In this document: piece by piece, positions 1 to 11,950 of the stretch
How the letters are laid out: each line of letters starts with the position of its first letter
How positions within the stretch are numbered: the first letter of the stretch is position 1
Program-made: the position numbers and the translations under genes
Source: Hamiltosporidium tvaerminnensis FI-OER-3-3
Taxonomy: Eukaryota > Fungi > Microsporidia
DNA: 64,000 nucleotides
NCBI GenBank assembly: GCA_022605425.2
Contig: CM061255.1
Location: 1 to 64,000, forward strand
Reading direction: 5' to 3'
The notes under the pieces: generated by a model
Seen by the model: the letters and a program-made list of their open reading frames with translations, nothing else
Databases searched by the model: none
Told to the model about the DNA's origin: nothing

Positions 1-390
1 AACCCTAACCCTAACCCTAACCCTAACCCTAACCCTAACCCTAACCCTAACCCTAACCCTAACCCTAACCCTAACCCTAACCCTAACCCTAACCCTAACC
101 CTAACCCTAACCCTAACCCTAACCCTAACCCTAACCCTAACCCTAACCCTAACCCTAACCCTAACCCTAACCCTAACCCTAACCCTAACCCTAACCCTAA
201 CCCTAACCCTAACCCTAACCCTAACCCTAACCCTAACCCTAACCCTAACCCTAACCCTAACCCTAACCCTAACCCTAACCCTAACCCTAACCCTAACCCT
301 AACCCTAACCCTAACCCTAACCCTAACCCTAACCCTAACCCTAACCCTAACCCTAACCCTAACCCTAACCCTAACCCTAACCCTAACCCT
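1..390 (-). repeat. Telomere, (TTAGGG)n on the minus strand; 65 perfect AACCCT units
   Basis: Uninterrupted AACCCT array from base 1 to 390, then an abrupt switch to AT-rich unique sequence. Confidence 0.99.
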
Positions 391-3300
391 TTTCCTAAAC
401 TATAAGTAATTTTAAGCATTGAAAAACATGTTAAGGAATGTAAAATGAATTTTTCTAACTTGAAATTAAATCCAAATGAAGTATGGAAATTCAGGGAGAT
501 TTATTTAAACCATTAGAAAAATAGTAAATAGGTTCGTCGATATCAAATTAATTGGTTTATCGTATAATTTAATGGAGGAAACTCAACCAGGTTATAAAAT
601 AATGTGTATGTAAAGGAAATAAGAATCGGTTTACACTTTCGCTTAATATATATTTATGAAAGTTAAGGAATATTGAATTATTTACTTTATACAATTCAGA
701 AAAAATATTTAATGCTAGCCTAATCTGTGAAAAAAACGTATGAGGAAGATCGGGAAAATTGAAGTATTTTTTCCCAATTTTAATAAAAAATGTCCGAAGT
801 AACTAAGGAAAAGTGCGAAGTAGTGTCCTTGGGATTCACAAAGAAGTATGTAACCTAAAGACAAAGACAGTTGACCTAATTTCGTATATCTAGGTTAAGT
901 CGAAATAAAGGCGGAAAGCTTACTAGTCAAACTTAGTTTCGAAGTTTCTTTTTTGGCTTTCTTCAATTTAAAAGATTCCCTCTGACTTTGTAAAGTCATT
1001 TTACAGTGGCTCTAGCTTTCATAAGGATGTTTATATAGATTAGAAACTAGAAGAGTAACTACTTCACCTTGTAGATCATTTAAAAATACAAAATTAAGAA
1101 ACTACACTTCTTTTTTAAAATTATCGTAAGTAAAATATTTTTATTCTCAAAATACGGAATGTTTTAACTAATTAATAGAAAAATGACTTGTTTTAGTAAT
1201 TTTTTAATTTTAAATATCTTAATATGTTTTTCCTATATCAAAAACCCATATGTGTTTTTAGATTTTTCAGAACACAAAACAAGAATCTAAAGAAATAAAA
1301 ATAAATTCCGATTTTTTTTCTAAAAAGGGAAACAAAATAGTATTTCCCAGGACTACAACACTGTGTCAGTTCTATACAAAATATAAAAGGTGTTTTTGTT
1401 TCTAATCTGAAATGAAAATCTGTATAGTTTCCAAACTTTAGTTATGGACTAATATAGTTTGGAAACTAAACGATATTAAATTCAATATATAGATGATCAA
1501 GATAAATTAAAACTGTGATGTGAATAATAATGGCGTTTTAATAATATTTCAAATGTAATTAAATACAAAATATTTTTTGGTAGAGTTGAATTTAAAGTAC
1601 TATTTTCAGATTCATAAAATGAAAAAATTTATATTTCTTATATGTTATTTTTTTCCATCTTTGTCTTTTAAATATATTTTTTTTTTGCTTAATTCTTCTT
1701 AATATATCTTATGATTACTGTCCCACATAAGAACCTACCTAAACCTATGAAAAAACTAAAGAAAAATTACTTTGTTTTCTTTGTAAAAAAATGACATGAA
1801 CAATTTTTGTGAGATAGTTAAAAAATAGAAATCAAAGCAATAATTGAATTCAGGTGTCTTTATATTTGCTTTAATTTTAGAGTGATTTTTGTGATAGTTT
1901 TAGATGAAAACAACACGTAAAAGCACCTTGAGAAGCTCAGTGCCTTGAAAGATAGAAATGTTTTGAAAAAGAATGAGTTGAAAAAAGAGTTGAGAGAAGT
2001 GATAACACTTTCTAAAATTTATCTTAAAAGAGATTACCACATAAATATATGCCCCGAAACTATATTCTCTTGAAATATTTAAATTTGGATAGCATAATGT
2101 GATAATTCTATTGTAAGATTTTAAATTAAATTACTGGAAAGAAAAAGATTCATTTATCAATTTATTAAATGCTTTTTTTGTTTTATAATTTATTTTTATT
2201 TTTTAATCTAAATTTGTTGAATTTTTTCTGATTTTCATAAAATAATTCTGAATTATGGTGTTCAAATAAAATAATGAATTAAATTTTATATTTCAAACGA
2301 TTATTAATTTTTTTATTGTTTTTAGTTGAATTTTATGCTAAGAAAACTGAAAATTAAATATATTTATTTATCATTTTTGTATATTTTAGTAAAATAAGTA
2401 TTTGTTAAGTAATAAAAATTATAAAAAAGAATAAAGGGAAATTCATCATATTTTTCAAAAAAATAATTTTAAAATCATTCTTGTATCTTAAGCGTTCAAA
2501 AAACAGAATCCTTATATATTTAATTAAAAATTACAAATTTGTTTAATTTTTATTTTATAAAACTACAAAAATCGAGTAGAATAATTATTCTTCCGATCTT
2601 AAGATATGAAGAAGGCTGATATATCCAATGTTTGATTTCCATTGGTAGTTTTGTATGGTATATTCTTATTTTAATTAATTTTAATTTGTGATTAAGTTAT
2701 TTAATAATTTTTCATTCTAAGTATAGCAAAATCCAATAAATTTTAATAAATTATACATTTAATCGTTAGAATAACCCTCACTTTGATTTAATTATATAAA
2801 ATAAATTGATTTATCATTTTAAAAGTGGTATACATATTTTTTAAGTTCTAAATATATTTAGTTTTCTTTTGAATTTCAAAATTTGTTAAAATAATAGAAA
2901 ATAGTAGAAATTAAAAAATGTAATAAAAAAAAAATTAAACTTTATTTAAAATATATCATACATGAATATATAGAATGTCTATATTTACAACAATTGTTAT
3001 ATTTTAAAGATTCATATCGAAATATATTTTTTTATGATTTAATTCGTTGATAAAATGAGACATATGTAAGATTTTATCTAATAATTATAGAACAAAAAAA
3101 AATAAGAACATAAGTTATTTATAAACCTAAAAATTCTACATTGTAAACATCTAAATAAAAGCTTTTTTAAAAAAAAATTAGAAGGTCAATCTTTTTATTC
3201 AAATTTCTGCTTGTACGGATATCATTCGATATTATGAGGTAAAGTATATGTGTGAAAATATTTTAGTTTGTTGTTAATTAAAGTTTTGAGGTAGTAGTAT

Positions 3301-3982
3301 TTCAGTTAGTTGACCTGTACTAAATTTATATTTTTGTATGCGAAAGGCGTTTTATCTGGAAGAAATTGATATAATGTCTAAAATATTCTAATTTATATAG
3401 AAAAATATAAATATAGTTGTTGAAAAAAAATAAAAGAAATTTTAATAAAATTGAACTAGGTTAAGTTAACATAATATTTGGTATAAGATAAATTTAAATA
3501 ATTTTTTCTTCTCTGAGTATTTAAAAGTACGTCTCATAAGGCATTGTTAAAAATATGTACAAGAAAAAGTAGTAATTAAAGCTAATCTTTTATTTAAATA
3601 ACAAATAATATAACATTTAAATAAAGTAAATGTAGTTATACGAAATAATATTTTTAAGTATAATCACAATGCAGGGTAGTCTTGTAATATTTAAGTTCAC
3701 TTATATTTTTCTAAATTTACGTGAAGGGTTTAAAATAATAGTTCTATATATGCTAGTAATAATTTCGAGTAATTTATAATATATTTGATAATTATTGTGA
3801 TCTAAACTACTATTTATGCTTTACTTATGTATAATATGAAATTAAGGTTATTTATAGTTGTTAAAATATTAAATTTGTCTTTTATAGATAAAATTTTATT
3901 ATGTTTTAAATTATTTTACCTTCCATTCGTTTTTTACGTTTAATATTTTATTTTTTTTAATTGTTTATATTAATTTTTTTCG

Positions 3983-4430
3983 ATGACCTGGGACGGTATT
4001 GTGACAAAATACCATAAGACGTATGTTAAGAGACTGCAAATACCCATGAATGTAGAGGCATATATACAATCCATAGTTCTCAAGAAGACAGTCGAAACAA
4101 TTTCTTTTGATCGACGAAGAGGACTTGAGTCTGGTCCAAATGCCGAGGAGAGCTGGGAGAGAGCATCATTAAGTGTTATTTTAGGAGCTGAGGTGCATAA
4201 ACAACCAATACCCCCTTTAAAGCAAGTAGACAACGAGGAAGATGATGTTAAAACGGAAAATACAAAAAATATTTTACCCCTTATTTGGATGGTATAACCA
4301 CAGCAAAGGAACCATCAACTAATACAAATGAAGAGTTTGAGTTCGAGGAAGAAATAGAAGTGGTTAAAATGGTGGAAAGAATTATTTAGAAAAGAGAAAA
4401 ATTTGTTAACCCAGAATTTTATTAAATAAA
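3983..4430 (+). mobile_element. 5'-truncated 3' end of an R4/Dong-like (RLE-type) non-LTR retrotransposon
   Basis: ORF MTWDGIVTKYHK..IPMNVEAYIQSIVLKKTVETISFDRRRG is the post-endonuclease C-terminus typical of these elements. It is collinear with the relics at 8460-9870 and 63102-63470. An acidic tail continues in another frame to TAG 4387-4389. Confidence 0.8.
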
Positions 4431-4779
4431 TTACTAATTTATAGTTAATTTTATGATAAAATTTTTCGCAATTACCATAATTCTAAGCATTTTTTGGGTT
4501 TTTAAATAGGTAATTTGTTTATTTTATTGTTTGAATACAAATATTTTAAAAAATATCTTAAACACTTTTTTAATAAATTTGAGCTCTATGTACATGACAA
4601 ATCATCTTTGTAGTTATAATATCGAATTCATATACATAGAGTAAATACGGTGAGCTTTATAAATATAATTTTGTTTAAATTTAAAGAAGTCTATAATTCT
4701 ATTTTGCAAACAAATTTTTTTAAAATTTCAGTTGATTAAAATTGTAAAAAACTAATTTGAAACCCAATTAGAATTATAT

Positions 4780-5650
4780 ACTTTAAAAAAACATTCTTGC
4801 GCTTCATAAATTCTTACAATCTTTGTTTAAATATTCTTTTTGATGAATTCTCGTGTTTTAGTTGAATTATTTCACAGTGCGCAATTAGATTAAATGGTAA
4901 ATTATCTTGATAATAACGACTCGATTAAAAATTTATTCTTAGGTTTCATAAACTGTGTTTATATTTCATTCAATTGGTTTTCTTCAGTTCACACCAAATG
5001 TATATATTTTTTTTGAAAATTTTAATTAGACTAGAGGTATATAAATTTCCGAATTATTTCTTGACTTTCAAACCTTCTTGAATTTTATTAAACCTTATAT
5101 TTGATTCAATTCTCAATTTTATCAAATTTGTAAAATATACTCATTTAATGAAAATTTATAGAATATGAGTTTTTTATAATAAGTTTTGACTATTAATGAT
5201 GCAGGTATGTCAGTTTTGGGCTTACTAAAATCTATAAAAAGTTTCATACATCTGTTTTGTTTAAAAGATTTTATTTAAAATTAGTTTATAGAGATATGGT
5301 TGAGTATTTTTTTCATTGGTAATTCTTATCAATTTGATTGAGCCATTCCCCCTTTTTTATATTTTGTTTTATTCTAAAATTTATTCTAGGTTTTTTTTTA
5401 TCGGTACTATTATATAAAATTATTCGTTCGATATTTTCTAAAATGAATCCTTAACATTTTCCCTTTGATAAATATTTGAATTATATTAGAGCATAATGTC
5501 TCATGGTTTTGCATTTGACACCTAGTAAGCTCTTTTGCTGCGGATTATATTTCGTCTTGAATAAAGTCTTTTCGAAAGCTTTAAAAAATGATCTGGTTAT
5601 TTGTTTAAGAATTTTATTGGTATTATATATTTATCTTTTCTTATTTACAG
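4780..5650 (-). pseudogene. Degenerate copy or extension of the unnamed subtelomeric family (see 5902-7592)
   Basis: Broken minus-strand frames give KKILNHIS and ELFIDFSKPKTDIPASL, similar to KIMDHIS and NLYSEFTISDIDYPECL in ORF 5902-6336. Confidence 0.4.
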
Positions 5651-5901
5651 ATATAAAGATTCATTCTAAAATAGTTTGCGAAAGTACATTATCAATCCAA
5701 TATAGAAGACCTTATTGAAATAAAATTAATAAAAAAGACCAAAATTAGTATTCCAAGATTGTATATTCGGAAATTAAAAGTATATAGATTTTTTAAAAAC
5801 AAAAAACGATTAGATATAAAAAATTTAGAATTTATTAGAAACCTCGAAAATACCTGTTTATTGATTTAAATCTTAAAATAAATAGATCTTGATCATTTTT
5901 A

Positions 5902-7592
5902 TTACCTGCAATTCTTGTAGATATTTAATCCTAATAAATAAATGTAGAAAATGCAAGAATTAATATTAGAAGATATTTCTTGATGGTCTAAACTCTCAAA
6001 ATTCAAGATCGATAAAGCAATTCTCTGTAAAAAATCTCTTATATCCCGTAAACATTCTGGATAATCAATATCAGAAATTGTAAACTCGCTATACAGATTC
6101 TTTAAACTAATCTCAAAGTTTTTCAATAAATTTTTCTTTGAAATATGATCCATGATTTTGGAAAAACTTGTATATATATCATAAGATTTATTATACTCTT
6201 TTTTTGAAAGTAACGCTAATACATTTCCTATTCTAGAATACAATTCACCACATAAAGATAAAGAATCATCATATATATAATGATAAAGGGGTAAAATAAT
6301 TATACGATAGAATTCATCATCTAATCCCAAAATCACTTTTTTCCTGCCATAAATAAATAAGTAAATTCTAATAAATAAACTGTAATGAATCTTTTCGACA
6401 TAGCAATACCATTCTTAAAACCAAAACATATCTGTATAAGTATTATCTTTAATGGAAGTATTTCCAAACCAATTTTATATTCATAAGAAAGATTTTTGTA
6501 CGCCTCTAATAAATTATCATTTGAAAGATCTCTGAATTTTTTTATTTTTGTTTTAAGATTATCAACTTTGATAAGAAGTACTTCAAAAAGAAATAGAACA
6601 TATAAAAAATATTCTTCCTCAATATGATCAGTTATATTATCTTCAAATAAATGAAAAAATATCATGAACTCATAAAAAATTAAGTGACTTTTATATTTTT
6701 TACTTTCTTCTTTTATATTCTTAAATTTAAACCTAAATAAATTTTCTTGTAATTGCCTTTCTGTGGAAGTTTTTTTATATTGCATTTCGTAAACTCGAAT
6801 TTTTTCCGAACATTCAATTATTTTTCTCAAATCCTTAATATTATCGCCTTCTTTTATATAATTTAATTCTCTGATTAATATTTCTTCACTACTGATTCTT
6901 AAAGAATTATAACTTTGACTTCTGAAATTTTTATCTGAAACAGCTGTAAAAACATTTTGAGCTTGGCCTCGTAAAATCTTTAAATTGTCTTCCAAATTCA
7001 ATTTCCCCTTGATATTTGTAAAAAATGATTTTCTATCATTGCGTATTCTATATATGTAGCTATCAATCGTATCGGTGATATTTTTCAAATAAATTTCATG
7101 TGTATTTATCGCATTTTCATCTATATGATTCTCACGCAAGCTTAATGATAAATCTAAGGGTTTGGATATAAATACTGGTTGGTCAAGCAAGCTTTTTAAA
7201 AAATCGTTTTTTGCGGCTTCTCTAATCTCTGGTTTCTCATCAAATGTATTATCTATTGCTGGATTGATTAGAATCGTACTATCATATTCTTTAACACTGG
7301 ATTTTTGTTTTTTTTCATCTGATTGGAATTTGAATTGCCTCTCCCATAGATCTTTGTGAGATGGATCATTGATATTGTCATTACACTGAAAAACGTATCC
7401 TTCTGACTCATATTTTGTTGTTTTGTTTCCAATGAGCATTTCTTCTTCTGTATTTTTTACTTCCATCATTTCAGCGAGTTCGTTATCATACCATCTGATT
7501 ACAGTATATTCATGCTCTTGTTGTACTCCCAGTTGTCTTGCACAAAAAATATATAAAGTGATTGCACCGAGAAATATCATCATTGTTTGCAT
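5902..7592 (-). CDS. Secreted hypothetical protein of a subtelomeric family, split by one frameshift at about 6337-6342
   Basis: Likely ATG at 7592, with a CCC motif at 7605-7607 and a hydrophobic N-terminus. ORFs 6333-7616 and 5902-6336 join if one A is added to the A6 run. The paralog at 25.4-27.1 kb reads continuously across this junction. Confidence 0.75.
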
Positions 7593-8459
7593 TAATAAGT
7601 TTAAGGGTTTGTGCAAAATTTATCTTCTAAAAACTTTAATAAAGATTTAATTAAATCTTGATCAAAAAAAATAGTGATGTGTGTCAAATCTTTTAATTAA
7701 AATTTTAGTGAATAAATTGTTTTCATGTGAACTTTTCTCTAGTATTTCATTTTTAGACAATCATTGTTCTTCAGACTCTGCACATTTTTTCTGGATGGTA
7801 TCATAAATATATTTATGTTTTAGATATTTAATTTTACCTCGAAATCATAATATATATTTTCTTTTCTTAGTTATTTTTATATTTTTCTTTACTTCATGAT
7901 TGATTCCGAACTTAATCTTCTTCTCTGATTAAAAAAAATAATTTAAATTTTTATACTTTAATAAAGAATGTTCTATTTGTAATTAAATTTATAAGAGAAA
8001 CGCAAATATTTATTTTTAGACCTTTTTTCTTTTTATTTCTGCCAATATTCAACAATTATTTGGAATGGTGATTTTTTGAGTTTATATTTTGTTTGTTACC
8101 AACTGATGTTTGGTGAATAAATTTTTAAATTATATTCAGAAAAATTACAGTTTTTTTATCAAAGAATCACATTATAAGCAAACTTAGACAAAATAAAAAT
8201 TCTCCTAAAATATTTTGATTTTTAAAATATATAAATAGAACTAAAGGAATTGCTTTGAAAAAATATTTTAATTAAAAACTTTGGTTAACAAATTTCCTCT
8301 GTTTTAGTCATTATTTAAACCGCTTATAAAATCATCTTCTCTTCCTAAAATCGACTCTTTGTTTATTTTTGGATTTTCGGCTTTTCCAGTGTGGCTAACC
8401 CATGCTAAAATAGACGATACGTTATTTTTCATATTTACTTACCTAACATGGCTTTCCTC

Positions 8460-9870
8460 GCTATTAATTTGTTTTAAATAAGTTGTAAATGTTTATGAAT
8501 CCTACGCTTATACGGACAATTGATGACGCTTTCATATTGCTCTCTTCGGCATTTAGTCTTTCATCAAGTTTTTTAATCGAACATAAAGATTCTTTCGAAA
8601 GCCTTTTTGGAAAATTTACTACGGAATCATGTCCTAAGTTAATCGATATTGGCAATTTTTTAATATGTACCTTGTAATATTAAATCATAAAGCATCTCAT
8701 ATTGCTATATAAGAACTTATTTCAACCCCGCGCTTATAAAGAGAGCATAACTCATTTTCTAATGAGTCATGTTTCCTAGTTTTTTACTGCTTCAATTTTT
8801 TATGATGAACCTTGTGAAAGAATTTCTATTTAAATGTGTGAAATGCTATTTAAACTTTTGTCTAAAATAAATACATCGGTTCGATTACGTATTTCACCTT
8901 CAATTTATTATGATTTTCCCATTGGTCTTAGCATACTCATTATTAAAAATTATTTTGAATAGTATCTCCAAATCTGTTGTTAAAACCATAAATTATATTT
9001 TTTGTACCCGATGAATATGTAATCATCGTATTAATTCATTATATTGTTTAATATAGTTGTGATCAAGTATTTTTTTTAATATCTTGTCATGAAATATCTT
9101 GTATTACTTCTTACATATGGTATTGACCTATCTTTTCTGATCACATGTTGCATTCCTCTTGTGGATATAACCGAACACTGTTTTATCATGTTTTTTTACA
9201 TTTTATCTCTTTAACTATCTTGAAGAATTATAAAAAGCTGCTAAATCATTATTTCTAGCATTATTTAACTGAGAATGATGTTTTTCGTTTTCTATCGAGA
9301 TATATAAAATAGCCGTTGAATCTTTTCGGATTTTCTGTATTTGTTTCCAAGGCTATCTCGTATTATATTTTGCGAACTATTTTATTTGTACAAGTTTGGA
9401 AGCTTATATATTATTATCTTTTAGGATTTCTGCTTTTATGGTAGAGAATTGGTTCATTGATCTTTTCACGAAAAAATAGGTTGGAAGATCATACTTCGTT
9501 TTTGACTCAACACTAGCTAAGAGCCTAAATTTTCACGGAAAGAGTATAGAACTTTTTTGCATCTTGGTATAGATGTAGTTTATTTTACTAAACTGCACAC
9601 AGAGAATTATATAACTTTAAAGAGTCAGCTTTTCGGGTCTAATAACTCTTATATAATAGTTTATTAAAGATATTCGGTGTGTTATTTACTCATAAATAAA
9701 ATTCTTGTAATCAGTTTTGTGCGAAAAATTTTTCGGTTTCTATCAATTTAAATTTTAATTCCTCCAATGACTAGGATTTGGGATTCCTCTGCTGCCTGGC
9801 ACTTTTAACGAAAAATAATTCTAATCTAAGAGATATTATTCATTCCTCTTTTCATTTTACCAATTCTATT
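8460..9870 (-). mobile_element. Degenerate R4/Dong-like non-LTR retrotransposon (RT thumb, post-CCHC region and RLE endonuclease)
   Basis: Interrupted frames read ISLINYYI, CKKVLYSFRENLG, LDHNYIKQYNELIR*LH, NNEYAK, IRNRTDVFILDK and RKHDSLENELCSLYKRGVEI. These match the order and sequence of the better-preserved copy at 63102 (NEYAE..NRPDIFILD..LANELALIYK). Confidence 0.8.
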
Positions 9871-10519
9871 TCATAAAAAAATAAAAAATCACTTTGTTAC
9901 TAAAATGTATGTTTTTTAACTAAGAATAAAAGTTATAATCACAACTTCTAGTTTGAAACATCTGTATTAGGATATGTTTATAATATTAAAACTATTGAAA
10001 TGAAATAGTTATATATCGCATTTTTTAATTGTCTAGTTTGCAGCGTCTAAAACATTATTGTAAGATATGTGAAATAATTAGACAATCAAATGATATTGAC
10101 CTATTTTCATACACATTTCAAATGCTAAAAAATAAATAAATCAAAACGAATAAATCATTCTATTTATGTTGAGGTGATTTGAGATTTTCCACTTTGTCTA
10201 AATGGCTTGAAATATATTTCGTTTAAAATCGAAATTTTTTTAAACCTTTATTAAATTTTGTTTCAAATTAAGTCGTCTTTGAAATTAAAATTTCAAAAAG
10301 TAAAATACAAATCTATAAAACAGGTGAATTAAATTTTTTTAGTTAAATAATGAAGAAGAGGTGTTTAAATTTGATTAATTTGAATTAAAAATTCAATTTA
10401 TCGTTCATAAATGACCAATGAAAAAAAAAATGGATTATCTAAAAAAGGAAAATTTATTTTTAACAAATAGATATTCTGGAAACATAATATGCTTTTTTAA
10501 TTTATCTCATAAAATTTAA

Positions 10520-11950
10520 AAAAATATCAAACTCATGTTTTTATTAAATTTAATATGTTATGCTACAGCTCTCCTGGAATTTAAATATACTGATATTTCA
10601 GAGGATACAAAACGAAAAATATTGTGCATGTTGTAATTTATTTTAAAATTAATGTTAAATTCGAATGAAAAAAATGTTTTTCTATATTAATCAAGGAGTT
10701 TATACCGCTGGAAGGGAAAAATAGCTAAAATCATAAGTTTTATATGAGAATAATTTAGACAAAATAAATATTTAGACTATCATTCTTTTTTAATATGTTT
10801 TACAACTATTATTTTTTCTATTGTATATGTTGGTAAAACAAAGAATTCAAAGCAAAAAAATATAGACAAAAACTTAATTTAATTTAATTAATTATGTAAA
10901 ATTCTCAGAAAAATACAAAGCATGCAATAATACTACCGAAATTCGAAATTATGCCTAGGATATCACATTTGAAAAAATCAATGGCATTATCATAATAACC
11001 CTGTTTTAGGAAACTGTGCAATTAATCATCTAAGGCGCCGTTCGATATCCAGGATCAACATGACCGTATCGATTGTAAGATACTAAAAAATATGAGATAT
11101 TGAGCAAAGATCCTGTTAATCTTTGTTTTAATGATTAGGTGGACTAAACTATTTATTGCAACATCTGAAACTGTTTTGTTTTTTTTTAACGCCAAAATAT
11201 CGTTTTTATGTCAAAAGATAGGTAAAGGATGGTAATAATGTAAAATTTGAAAAATATGTCATAAAATTAGTGTAAAATTTATAAAAGAATTAACGGGTAC
11301 TTGTGAATTGATAAGAGATTAAATTTATAACGATTTTATATTATCTTGTAAAAAAATGGCTGAATATAATTTAAAATACTTGTTGTAAACATGTTAAAAA
11401 TTGAATCTGGTTTGACAAAATTTATTTTTATATAACTGGCGTTCATTATAATAACAAATTAAGAAATTCAAAAATTTCAATCAAGTTTGAGGAATATTTA
11501 TTAATAAGACGAATTTTATAAGTCTAAAGAGTTTGAATGAATTCTTGAATATAATAACTAAAAATGAATTTCATGATAATTTTTCTTCGGCGCTAGCTTT
11601 AAAAGTATTGTGGTTTAAGGGTCATAAATTCAAAGAAAGAACCGATTTTTAGAATTATTATTGAAATTTATTTTAGCGATGTTTTAAAAAAAAGAATCTG
11701 AAAAAATGAATATTTCGAGAATTTAAAAAAAATGAAAATGTCTTTTATTAGACAGTAAAAACATATCTTGATCAAAGAAATCTATAAAATAATAAAAATT
11801 TAGTTTTGGACCTTTATTTTTATGCCTTTTACTTCAAACTTCGAAATTATGTGAAATCTTATCTTTTTTAAATATTTTAATCAAGAATATTTTTAAAAAC
11901 TTCTTAAACAACTAGATAAAGGAAAAATTAAAAAATAAACAGAAGAATCT
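10520..11950 (+). pseudogene. Possible highly degenerate member of the unnamed subtelomeric family
   Basis: Fragments FIKEL..ILSCKKMAEYNL and ALKVLWF..FKE weakly resemble LIREL..IIECSEKIRVYEM and PLKIILIQ..FKN in the same order. Many stops. Confidence 0.3.

Noticed and set aside
562-595. Resemblance to SSU rRNA (AATTT..GGAAACTCAACCAGGT), tempting because some microsporidia have subtelomeric rDNA
   Set aside because: The match is short and gapped, and no other universal rRNA motifs occur nearby.
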